DNA of 63,271 nucleotides, the filler included, from Desulfonatronovibrionaceae bacterium (GTDB taxonomy: Bacteria > Desulfobacterota > Desulfovibrionia > Desulfovibrionales > Desulfonatronovibrionaceae): assembly GCA_046539845.1 (NCBI GenBank). It is 3 parts of 3 records of this genome, joined end to end, with 100 filler letters (N's around TTAATTAATTAA, not from the genome) between each part and the next. Parts side by side here need not be neighbours in the genome. Positions count along the whole stretch, not along the records: positions 1 to 29,357 come from JBKHGE010000028.1; 2 more parts are not named here. The stretch is one strand, 5' to 3'. The position numbers were made by a program, and so were the translations under genes. The notes under the pieces are model-generated. The model made no database searches, was not told the origin of the DNA, and was given only the letters and a program-made list of their open reading frames with translations. Below are positions 1 through 7,755 of the stretch, piece by piece (the stretch's first letter is position 1; each line of letters begins with the position of its first letter).

Positions 1-3
1 GTG

Positions 4-195
4 TTAAATACGAAATAAATGGATCTTGGCGGCGCTTTTGATTCATTCCCTGAGAGAAGCATCTACTTCGTCAAGGTATGTCATTAGCCGGCTTTTGTCC
101 AAGGTGCGGATCCGGTCCGTATTTATCTAGGATTTCTTGGCCGGGTCAGCTGTGCCCTTGGGCATGAATATTTAAAAAGATAGATTTTGCCTGTT
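4..195 (-). pseudogene. Degraded MazF/PemK-family toxin, C-terminal remnant
   Basis: Minus strand reads GKIYLF / (1-nt frameshift) IFMPKGTADPAKKS*INTDRIRTLDKSRLMTYLDEVDASLRE*IKSAAKIHL. This resembles the PemK/MazF pattern IYPFEVFLPKG...DQIRTLDKSRL...ALKIHL. Two internal stops; AT-rich. Confidence 0.6.
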
Positions 196-262
196 TGTCT
201 CAAGTCCGCGGATATTGACGGATGTGACAGTAATTTTTCGGGGCGGCTTCAAAGACAGTATT

Positions 263-3031
263 TTAGTTGCTTGTCCGCAATCCGCGCAATACCGCCTTCT
301 CGATCTCCACGACCAGGAACAGGGCTAGTCCGAAGACCAGTATCTTTAGCCAAGCCCCGGCCCCGAGAGGCTCGGTGCCAAACAGGTACTGCATGGCCGG
401 AAGATAGGTGAATCCCAGCTGGAACACGGCCAAAACCGCAACAGCGAGCAGGGCCGGGCGAGCGCTTTTCCGGCCGCGGCGGGTCCAGGAGGGTTCCAGG
501 ATGTGCCGGCTGTTGAACAGATAGAATACCTGCCCGGCCACCAGGGTGTTGACCGCAGCGGTCCCGGCCAAATTCTGCGAGGCCCCGCTTAAGAGTGTGA
601 GCTGGTAATGGCCCAGGGTCCCGATCACCAAAAGCAGGGAGACAAAAGACACCCGCCAGAGCAAAAAACCGGAGATCAGGCCTTTTTCCGGGGGACGGGG
701 AGGTCTGCGCATGACATTGGCTTCCGGGGCCTCAAAGGCCAGGGTCAAAGCCAGGGTCACTGCGGTGACCATATTGATCCACAGGATCTGAGGCGGGGTG
801 ATGGGCAGGGAAAAGTGCCCGGATCCGTCCGCCAGCCCGATGCCCAAAAGGATGGAGGCGATGACTGTCAAGGCCTCGCCCCCATTGGTGGGCAGGATGA
901 ACAAAATGGCCTTTTTCAGGTTATCGTATACGGTCCGGCCCTCTTCCACGGCATTGGCGATAGAGGCGAAGTTGTTGTCCGCCAGGACCATATCCGAAGC
1001 CTCTCTGGCCGCCTCGGTCCCGTTCAGACCCATGGCCACACCTATATCCGCCCGCTTGAGCGCCGGTGCGTCGTTTACCCCGTCCCCGGTCATGGCCACT
1101 ACGTGTTTCTTGCCCTGCAGGGCCTGGACCAATCTCAGTTTGTGCTCCGGGCTGGTCCGGGCAAAAACGTCTACCTCCGGAGCGACCTGCCGGAGGCTTT
1201 CATCGCTCATCTGCTCCAGATCCTGGCCGGAGAGCGCGGTTTTGCCGTCGCCTATCCCCAGTTTTTTTGCTATGGACAGGGCGGTCAGGGAGTGGTCTCC
1301 GGTGATCATTTTTACCCTGATGCCTGCGGAATGACATTCGTGTACGGATACGCACTTGCCGATCAGTCGGGCCGCCGCCTCGACCGCCTCCTCCCTGGGC
1401 GGATCGATTATCCCGAACAGCCCGAGGAAGACGAATCCGTCCTCCAGGTCTGATTCAGGTATGTCTTGTCTGTCCCGGTCCATTTCCTTTACCGCCAGGG
1501 CCAGAAGCCTCTGTCCCCCGGAAGCCATAACCTCGCCCTGCTGTTCCCAGAATCCCCGGTCCAGAGGCCGGTCGCCATCCTGATGGCGCTGGGCGGTGCA
1601 TCTGTCCAGGATCCTTTCCGGGGCACCCTTGAGGATGATTTCGGTTTTGTCCTCTTTGGTCCGGTTCAGGGTGGCCATGAATTTTTTTTCCGAGCTGAAG
1701 GGAATGATATCCAGGCGGGGCATTGCCTTGTTCATCTCGTTTTGGTCCAGCCCGGCCTTGGCGGCGGCGGTAAGAAGCGCGCCCTCGGTCGGGGCCCCGT
1801 CCACCTTCCATTGTTCGTTGTCCTTTTGTATTGTTGCATTGTTGCACAGCAGGGTCGCCTTTAAAAGCTGCAGCAAAAGGGGGTGGTGTGCAGGACTTAT
1901 CTTTTCCCCGTCCAGGACGAACTCCCCCTGTGGAGAATACCCGGCGCCTGTTATCTGGAAAAGACGGTCCGCGGTAGAGATATTTTGCACGGTCATCTCG
2001 TTTTTGGTCAGAGTCCCGGTCTTGTCCGAGCAGATAATGGTCACCGAGCCCAGGGTCTCCACTGCCGGGAGCCTGCGGATAATGGCCTTTCGTCTGGCCA
2101 TCTTCTGGACCCCGATGGCCAGAGTAATGGTCATGATCGCGGGCAGGCCCTCGGGAATGGCAGCCACCGCAAGGCCCACCGCGGCCAAAAACATCTCTCC
2201 CGCCCCGAAATCCCTGATGGCTGTGCCGAAGACAAAGGTCAGTCCGGCCAGGACCAAAATGGCCGCAGTGAGCTTGCGTCCGAAGGCGTCCATCTGTTTG
2301 AGAAGCGGGGTTTTTAGGGTGTCCACCCGGCTGAGCATGGAGCTTATGCGGCCGATTTCAGTGGATTTCCCGGTGGAGGCGACCACACCCCGGCCCTGCC
2401 CGTAGGTGACCATGGTCCCGGAAAAGGCCATGTTCGAGCGCTCCGCCAGGACCTCGTTTTCCTCCAGGGCGTGGATGTCCTTGTTCACGGCGACCGACTC
2501 CCCGGTCAGGGCGGACTCGTCTATCTGCAGGTCCCTGAGTTCAAACAGCCGGAGATCGGCCGGGACCCTATCTCCGGGCTGGAGCAAAACCAGATCTCCG
2601 GGAACCAGATCTTCGGCCGGGATGGTGCTTTTCTTGCCGTCTCTCAAGACCGTGGCCCGGGGAGCGAGCATGTTCCTGATACTGTCCAGGGATTTTTCCG
2701 CCTTGCCTTCCTGGATGAACCCGATCAAGGCGTTTATTATAGTCACCCCGAAGATTACCAGGCAGTCGATCCATTCCTGCAAGAAAGCGGTGATGACCGC
2801 GGCCGCCAAAAGCACATAAATGAGGATGTTGTGGAATTGGAGGATAAACCGCGTGAGCGGACCCTTTTTCTCGGCCCCGGCCAGGGTGTTCGGTCCGAAT
2901 TTCTGCAGGCGCTTTTCCGCTTCTGCCGCGGTCAGGCCCTGATAGGAGGTCTGGAGCCCGTCTAGGGTCTCCTGGACAGTGGCGGCGTACCAGGCATTGC
3001 CGTCTGCTGGGTGGGCATGGTGTCGGTCCAT
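263..3031 (-). CDS. Cation-transporting P-type ATPase (type II, Ca2+/PacL-like)
   Basis: TGES, PEGL, DKTGTLT phosphorylation site, KGAPE, DPPR, TGD and GDGVND motifs; hydrophobic TM segments; 922 aa. Confidence 0.95.
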   Translation of the reverse strand: MDRHHAHPADGNAWYAATVQETLDGLQTSYQGLTAAEAEKRLQKFGPNTLAGAEKKGPLTRFILQFHNILIYVLLAAAVITAFLQEWIDCLVIFGVTIINALIGFIQEGKAEKSLDSIRNMLAPRATVLRDGKKSTIPAEDLVPGDLVLLQPGDRVPADLRLFELRDLQIDESALTGESVAVNKDIHALEENEVLAERSNMAFSGTMVTYGQGRGVVASTGKSTEIGRISSMLSRVDTLKTPLLKQMDAFGRKLTAAILVLAGLTFVFGTAIRDFGAGEMFLAAVGLAVAAIPEGLPAIMTITLAIGVQKMARRKAIIRRLPAVETLGSVTIICSDKTGTLTKNEMTVQNISTADRLFQITGAGYSPQGEFVLDGEKISPAHHPLLLQLLKATLLCNNATIQKDNEQWKVDGAPTEGALLTAAAKAGLDQNEMNKAMPRLDIIPFSSEKKFMATLNRTKEDKTEIILKGAPERILDRCTAQRHQDGDRPLDRGFWEQQGEVMASGGQRLLALAVKEMDRDRQDIPESDLEDGFVFLGLFGIIDPPREEAVEAAARLIGKCVSVHECHSAGIRVKMITGDHSLTALSIAKKLGIGDGKTALSGQDLEQMSDESLRQVAPEVDVFARTSPEHKLRLVQALQGKKHVVAMTGDGVNDAPALKRADIGVAMGLNGTEAAREASDMVLADNNFASIANAVEEGRTVYDNLKKAILFILPTNGGEALTVIASILLGIGLADGSGHFSLPITPPQILWINMVTAVTLALTLAFEAPEANVMRRPPRPPEKGLISGFLLWRVSFVSLLLVIGTLGHYQLTLLSGASQNLAGTAAVNTLVAGQVFYLFNSRHILEPSWTRRGRKSARPALLAVAVLAVFQLGFTYLPAMQYLFGTEPLGAGAWLKILVFGLALFLVVEIEKAVLRGLRTSN

Positions 3032-3321
3032 TTCCTTCTCCGCTTAAGTCCGTTGAAATGAGTCTTTCCCGGACCTGTGGCCGCCGGGCGGTTTAAAGAG
3101 CGTGATCCGGCCTTCCCGGTCCGCCTCCATATCATCCCGGCCGGATTTTGGCTTCCGGTCCGGGACCCTTTTTGTCTAGGACATATACGGGCTGGTTTCA
3201 AGGCCCGGCCGTATTTTGCGTCCGGGCGGGGATGTTTTTCGTTCTTTTGACGCTTTTTGGTCCCTGGACGCCGTGGGTTTAGGCGGAGGGGCAGGATTTA
3301 AAGCGCAGGGTAGGAATTATT

Positions 3322-3516
3322 ATGAAAGACAACTCAGTAAGCAAGTCTGAAGATTTGAAAATTTGGAAAGAGGGGATGCATCTGGCAGCCAAGGTTCATC
3401 CTGTACTAGTAAGGATGCCGGGATGTTGGTTTACGGGATCAAATGCAGCTGGCCGCAGTGTCTATTTCCCTAAAATATTGTGTTCATGGGTATGATCGTC
3501 AGACAAACAAAGAACA
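3322..3516 (+). pseudogene. Frameshifted, truncated four-helix-bundle protein (23S rRNA IVS/Avd-like family)
   Basis: ATG 3322 reads MKDNSVSKSEDLKIWKEGMHLAAKVH. After a frameshift it reads CRDVGLRDQMQLAAVSISLKYCVHGYDRQTNKE, matching the family pattern EDLxIWK...GLRDQMxRAAVSIPSNIAEGYxRxTNKE. Homology then stops. Confidence 0.7.
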
Positions 3517-3607
3517 TGGGTGGGCGAGTTGTGCTTTATTTGGCGAACAGGTTACGAAAGCTAAAAAAGGGCTCAAAGCCATATGCCTTGGGCCCTTGAT
3601 TCCATTG

Positions 3608-3683
3608 TGGTGCCGAGGGACAGAATCGAACTGCCGACACGGGGATTTTCAGTCCCCTGCTCTACCGACTGAGCTACCTCGGC
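3608..3683 (-). tRNA. tRNA-Phe (GAA)
   Basis: Reverse complement GCCGAGGTAGCTCAGTCGGTAGAGCAGGGGACTGAAAATCCCCGTGTCGGCAGTTCGATTCTGTCCCTCGGCACCA; 76-nt cloverleaf, anticodon GAA, encoded CCA. Confidence 0.98.
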
Positions 3684-3859
3684 ACCGGACGAGTTGAGGA
3701 TTTAACCAAAACATTTCCTGTTGGCAAGGATTTTTTTGTTTCCTCCCGGAGCGGTTTGCAGCCGGTCCCGCGCCTCTGGTAATTGACAAGCGGTTTTTTT
3801 TAAGGGACTTGTAAGTCGTGAGTGCGGGACTGAATCAAGAAGGACAAAAGGAGTAAGGG

Positions 3860-4450
3860 ATGTCTTATATCTGGCTATTGATTCTTGCCTATCTGGCCGG
3901 GGCCATGCCCTTCGGCCTCTTGCTGGCCAAGGGGATTTGCCATATTGACTTGCGTCAGGCCGGGAGCAGAAATACAGGGGCAACCAATGTGGCCCGGACC
4001 TGCGGGCTGAAAATGGGAATCGCCGTGCTTGTCTTGGATATCCTCAAAGGCTATCTGCCGGTGGCTCTAGCCGTGCACATGGGTTCCTCCGCCTTTTTCC
4101 CCACTCTGGCGGCCCTGGCGGCCATACTGGGACATATGTATTCTGTGTTTTTAAGCGGCCGGGGAGGAAAGGGAGTGGCTACCAGTGTGGGCATCTTTCT
4201 GGCCCTTTCTCCGATCGCCCTTTTCTGGGGCGTGGGTGTATGCTTGGTCCTGATCTACCTGACCGGATTCGTCTCCCTGGGTTCGCTGGCCCTGGTCTCG
4301 GTGGTCCCGCTCGTTCTTCTTCTGACCGGGGAGTTTGGCCTGCTGTTCGTGTCTGTGCTCATAATGGGCCTGGTCTTCTGGAAGCACAGGGAAAATATCG
4401 ACCGCCTTAGTCAGGGAAAGGAGAATTCCTGGAGAAAGGAGAACTGCTGA
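3860..4450 (+). CDS. plsY: Glycerol-3-phosphate acyltransferase PlsY
   Basis: YLxGAMPFG, GSRNTGATNVAR, GH...GGKGVAT and KHRENI motifs; hydrophobic. Confidence 0.95.
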   Translation: MSYIWLLILAYLAGAMPFGLLLAKGICHIDLRQAGSRNTGATNVARTCGLKMGIAVLVLDILKGYLPVALAVHMGSSAFFPTLAALAAILGHMYSVFLSGRGGKGVATSVGIFLALSPIALFWGVGVCLVLIYLTGFVSLGSLALVSVVPLVLLLTGEFGLLFVSVLIMGLVFWKHRENIDRLSQGKENSWRKENC

Positions 4451-4459
4451 CCCGGTCGG

Positions 4460-6112
4460 TTAGGTCATTTCCGGGATAGAATCAGATTCGTTCAGCATGG
4501 AGTCCGCCCGGTGCACCAGCTCCTCCAGGCTGTCTCCGTTTCTGGCGGAGATGAACACCGCCTCCGGATAAGCCCTTTCCAATTGTTCCCGCTTTTCGGT
4601 TTCAAGTCTGTCCGCCTTGTTCATGGCCAGGAGCAGAGGCCTTTTTTGCAGCCCCAGCTCCTCCAGGATCCTTTTCACCGCCGCGATCTGAGAATCCGCG
4701 TCCGGATGGGCAGCGTCCGCGACCAGGATGAGCATATCCGCCAGATACAGCTCCTCCAGAGTGGCCATGAACGCCTTCCTCAGCTCATCCGGAAGCTTGT
4801 GGATAAAGCCGACCGTGTCCGTGAGAATGACTTCCCGGTCCCTGGGGAACCGCAGGCGTCTGGAAGCAGGGTCCAGAGTGGCGAAGAGCTTGTTCTCCGC
4901 GGATACTTCCGACCCGGTGAGCACGTTCAAGAGGGTGGACTTGCCCGCATTGGTGTAGCCGACAAGGGAGATCACCGGGAGGCCGGCCTGCCTGCGCCTG
5001 GTACGCATGGTTTCCCTTTGTTTGCGGATCTTTTTCAGCTCCTTTCCTATTCGGGTGATCCGGTCCCGGATACGGCGTTTGTCCATCTCCAGCTTGGTCT
5101 CTCCCGGTCCGCGGCCCCCGATACCCCCGGCCAGGCGGCTTAGGGCCCGGTTGCGGCCCACGAGGCGGGGCAGGGTGTATTTGAGCTGGGCCAGCTCCAC
5201 CTGCATCTGGCCCTGCTTGCTGTGTGCGTGCTGGGCGAAGATATCCAAAATGAGCTGCGTGCGGTCCAGGACCCTGCGCTCGGTTATGCGGGTCAGATTG
5301 CGCAGCTGCGAGGGAGACAGCTCCTGGTCAAAGACGATGATCCCTGCGTTTTTTTGCAGGGCCAAAACCTCCATTTCCGCAAGCTTGCCTTTGCCCAGGA
5401 TGTGCTTGGGGTTTATCCGGGTCACTCTCTGGGTCATGGTCCCGACCACATTCAGCCCGGCTGTTGAGGACAGACGGGAGAGCTCCTTGAGAGAGATCTC
5501 CTGCCTGGGAACCGGCTTGGTACTCACACTCACCAGAAGGGCGCAGTTTTTTTGCTCTTTGGCGGAGAGGTCCGCGTTTTCCCGAGCCAGCTCCTCCTCC
5601 AGGGATTGGATCTGCATATCCAGGCTGGGTTGGGTCTCGGTCCAGGGCTGCATTTCGTGCAGTCGGTATCCGGCCTGATCCGAATTGGGCGGCAGCAGAT
5701 GCGCCCATTGTTTGCGGCTGGGAAAGCCCTCCGAGGTTATGGTCAAAACGCAGATGGAATCCAAGCGTAAAAAGACCAGGTCCATAAGGTCCTCTTCCGA
5801 GAGCCCGGTGTCGTTTAAATGGGTGTGCACCAGCCTGAGCCCGCTCAAACGGGAGGCGCCGCTACGGTAGCGCTCCAGCTCGGGAATGAGAATGCCCTCG
5901 TGGTCTCCGACCACCACCAGCACAGGCTGTCCCCGCCTGTTGATGATTACTCCGATCTGTCTTTTGATCCGGTGGGAGAGAGCGGCCAGCTCGCGGGCCT
6001 GCTCCTTGCTGAAGGCGGTCTCGGTGGGAAAGCGCCGCTCGTAAACGCGGCCCAGGGCCTTCATGTCGCTCGGTTTGAGTCCTGTGGTATTGCCTTTGGG
6101 CTTACGGGCTAT
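4460..6112 (-). CDS. hflX: GTPase HflX, long N-terminal form; probable AUA start at 6112 (first in-frame ATG is 6064)
   Basis: GRGPGETKLE, GYTNAGKS, FATLDP, DTVGFI and NKAD motifs. The frame is open for 16 codons upstream of the ATG (IARKPKGNTTGLKPSD), bounded by an in-frame TAA and an SD-like GAGAGGG. Confidence 0.93.
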   Translation of the reverse strand: MARKPKGNTTGLKPSDMKALGRVYERRFPTETAFSKEQARELAALSHRIKRQIGVIINRRGQPVLVVVGDHEGILIPELERYRSGASRLSGLRLVHTHLNDTGLSEEDLMDLVFLRLDSICVLTITSEGFPSRKQWAHLLPPNSDQAGYRLHEMQPWTETQPSLDMQIQSLEEELARENADLSAKEQKNCALLVSVSTKPVPRQEISLKELSRLSSTAGLNVVGTMTQRVTRINPKHILGKGKLAEMEVLALQKNAGIIVFDQELSPSQLRNLTRITERRVLDRTQLILDIFAQHAHSKQGQMQVELAQLKYTLPRLVGRNRALSRLAGGIGGRGPGETKLEMDKRRIRDRITRIGKELKKIRKQRETMRTRRRQAGLPVISLVGYTNAGKSTLLNVLTGSEVSAENKLFATLDPASRRLRFPRDREVILTDTVGFIHKLPDELRKAFMATLEELYLADMLILVADAAHPDADSQIAAVKRILEELGLQKRPLLLAMNKADRLETEKREQLERAYPEAVFISARNGDSLEELVHRADSMLNESDSIPEMT

Positions 6113-6150
6113 TTTTTAGTCCCTCTCTTGGCCGGTTTTGCCGCTGGCTC

Positions 6151-6747
6151 TCAGGCCTTTTGCCCGCTCAGATATGCGGCGATCATGCGGTCATATTCTG
6201 AGGTCATTTTGAATGTGTACTCGGCCGTCTTTTTACGTAATTCTAACGTGACTTTGCCCAGTTTTTCAAGGGTGTGCATGAATTCCGGGTAAAAATCCGG
6301 AGAGGGCAGCACGCACACGCTGTTTAAGTTCTTGGCCCCGGCCCGGAGCAGGGCGGGACCGCCAATGTCTATCTGTTCCACTGCCTGTGTCAGGTCCATA
6401 TCCTCGTCCACCGCGCGGTTAAAATCGTACAGGTTCACGCAGATGAGATCAAAGGGCCGGATGTCCATTTCCTTGAGGACGGCCATATGTCCGGGGTCGT
6501 CTTTGTTTGCGAGTACCCCGCCGTGAACACGCGGATGCAGGGTCTTGACTCGGCCGTCCAGGATCTCCGGGAAAGCGGTCACCTGACTGACCGGGACCAC
6601 CCGGACCCCGGCCTTTTCCAGTTCCTTCAAAGTCCCGCCGGTGGACACGATCTCCACCCCGCGGTTTTGCAGGAAGCGCCCGAGTTCGGCACTGCCGCTT
6701 TTGTCGGTCAGGCTTATTAATGCCCTGTTTATAGAAAGCAGATCCAT
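6151..6747 (-). CDS. purH: Stand-alone IMP cyclohydrolase (PurH N-terminal, MGS-like domain only)
   Basis: RALISLTDKSG, STGGT, GRVKTLHP, VNLY and IDIGGP motifs; 198 aa with no AICAR transformylase domain. Confidence 0.88.
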   Translation of the reverse strand: MDLLSINRALISLTDKSGSAELGRFLQNRGVEIVSTGGTLKELEKAGVRVVPVSQVTAFPEILDGRVKTLHPRVHGGVLANKDDPGHMAVLKEMDIRPFDLICVNLYDFNRAVDEDMDLTQAVEQIDIGGPALLRAGAKNLNSVCVLPSPDFYPEFMHTLEKLGKVTLELRKKTAEYTFKMTSEYDRMIAAYLSGQKA

Positions 6748-6924
6748 AGAGGTTTTCCCTGTTTTCAGAGGTTGGTTGCCCCCCGGTCCGGCGGTTGCAG
6801 ACAATGAACACTGCCAGAAAAGGCGTCGGGTTGCAAGGGGGACAAGCCGGAGTCATTTCCTTTAAAATCAATCTGTTATCCGGAGATAGCCGAGGCCCGC
6901 GGATCAGGGAGGCGTGGCTTTTAC

Positions 6925-6952
6925 TTGACAACCGGCAGGGAGGTATTAATTT
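6925..6952 (+). promoter_or_regulatory. Putative sigma70 promoter for the small basic ORF and downstream genes
   Basis: TTGACA at 6925-6930, 16-nt spacer, TAATTT. Confidence 0.45.
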
Positions 6953-7074
6953 ATTGCCGCAGACGCAGTCTCCCGGATGGCCGCTTGGTCCACCCCCTTG
7001 CGTATCCGGGTCTGGACAAAACCCTTAGAGTATGCTTGAATATATTTTTTCAATAATTCGCCAAGGAGGATATA

Positions 7075-7194
7075 ATGGCCAGACATAAAAAGCATGAGCG
7101 CAAAAAAGAGTTGGACCGGCGTCGTCACCGCCGCATGAAGAGATTGAAGCAGCGTATTCGGGAGGCCAAGCAGGCTGCCGGAAAGGAGGCCTAG
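7075..7194 (+). CDS. 39-aa very basic small protein (MARHKKHERKKELDRRRHRRMKRLKQRIREAKQAAGKEA); not in ORF track
   Basis: Strong SD AAGGAGGA directly before ATG 7075; TAG at 7192-7194; Arg/Lys/His-rich helical composition. Confidence 0.8.
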   Translation: MARHKKHERKKELDRRRHRRMKRLKQRIREAKQAAGKEA

Positions 7195-7235
7195 ATTTGG
7201 GTTTGCGGTGCATGAGTTTTATTCGGAGGTGAGGT

Positions 7236-7583
7236 ATGCCTATTTATGAATATCGCTGTGAGGAGTGCCAGCAGGTCTTTGAGGAGTGGCAGAACGATTT
7301 TGAGGAGCGGGAAGTACCCTGTCCGGTCTGCGGCAGCAGTTCCAGACGACTTATCTCTCATTCCGCGTTTATCCTCAAGGGCAGCGGATGGTATGCTACT
7401 GACTACAGTCGCGCTAAGGCATCCGGGAACGGAAACGGGAACGGGAGTGCTGACGGGGATAAGGCCAAGCCGGCCGAGAGTGCCGCCCAGAAAGCCGGCA
7501 AGGATGATTCCAAGGCCGGCAGCGCAGAAGGGGGTAAGACAGAGAACAAACCCTCTTCCACCCCGGCCGGAGCGGCCCAGTAG
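7236..7583 (+). CDS. FmdB-family zinc-ribbon protein
   Basis: MPIYEYRCEEC...CPVCG...LIS...FILKGSGWYATDY with a low-complexity tail; SD GGAGGT. Confidence 0.92.
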   Translation: MPIYEYRCEECQQVFEEWQNDFEEREVPCPVCGSSSRRLISHSAFILKGSGWYATDYSRAKASGNGNGNGSADGDKAKPAESAAQKAGKDDSKAGSAEGGKTENKPSSTPAGAAQ

Positions 7584-7584
7584 C

Positions 7585-7613
7585 AAAAAGCAGCCCCGGG
7601 CTGCTTTTTTTTT
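7585..7613 (+). terminator. Intrinsic terminator
   Basis: AAAAAGCAGCCC-C-GGGCTGCTTTTTTTTT inverted repeat plus T-tract right after the FmdB-like stop. Confidence 0.8.
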
Positions 7614-7755
7614 GCCCGGCGGGCCCACGACCAGGGGGCAAGGCGCGAATTCCGGTGTAAGTCGCAGGCAGGCTTATTGGCTGTTTTTAAAGCCTTTGGG
7701 CGGTGGATACATACCGCGTCCGGGTCCGGGCGCAAAAACAGGGTGATGTAAGGAT

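Noticed and set aside
3032..3320. yybP-ykoY (Mn) riboswitch upstream of the P-type ATPase
   Set aside because: The conserved GGGGAGUA motif was not found on the coding strand.
3322..3516. Avd-like gene as evidence of a diversity-generating retroelement
   Set aside because: No reverse transcriptase or TR/VR repeat pair in the window, and the gene is decayed.
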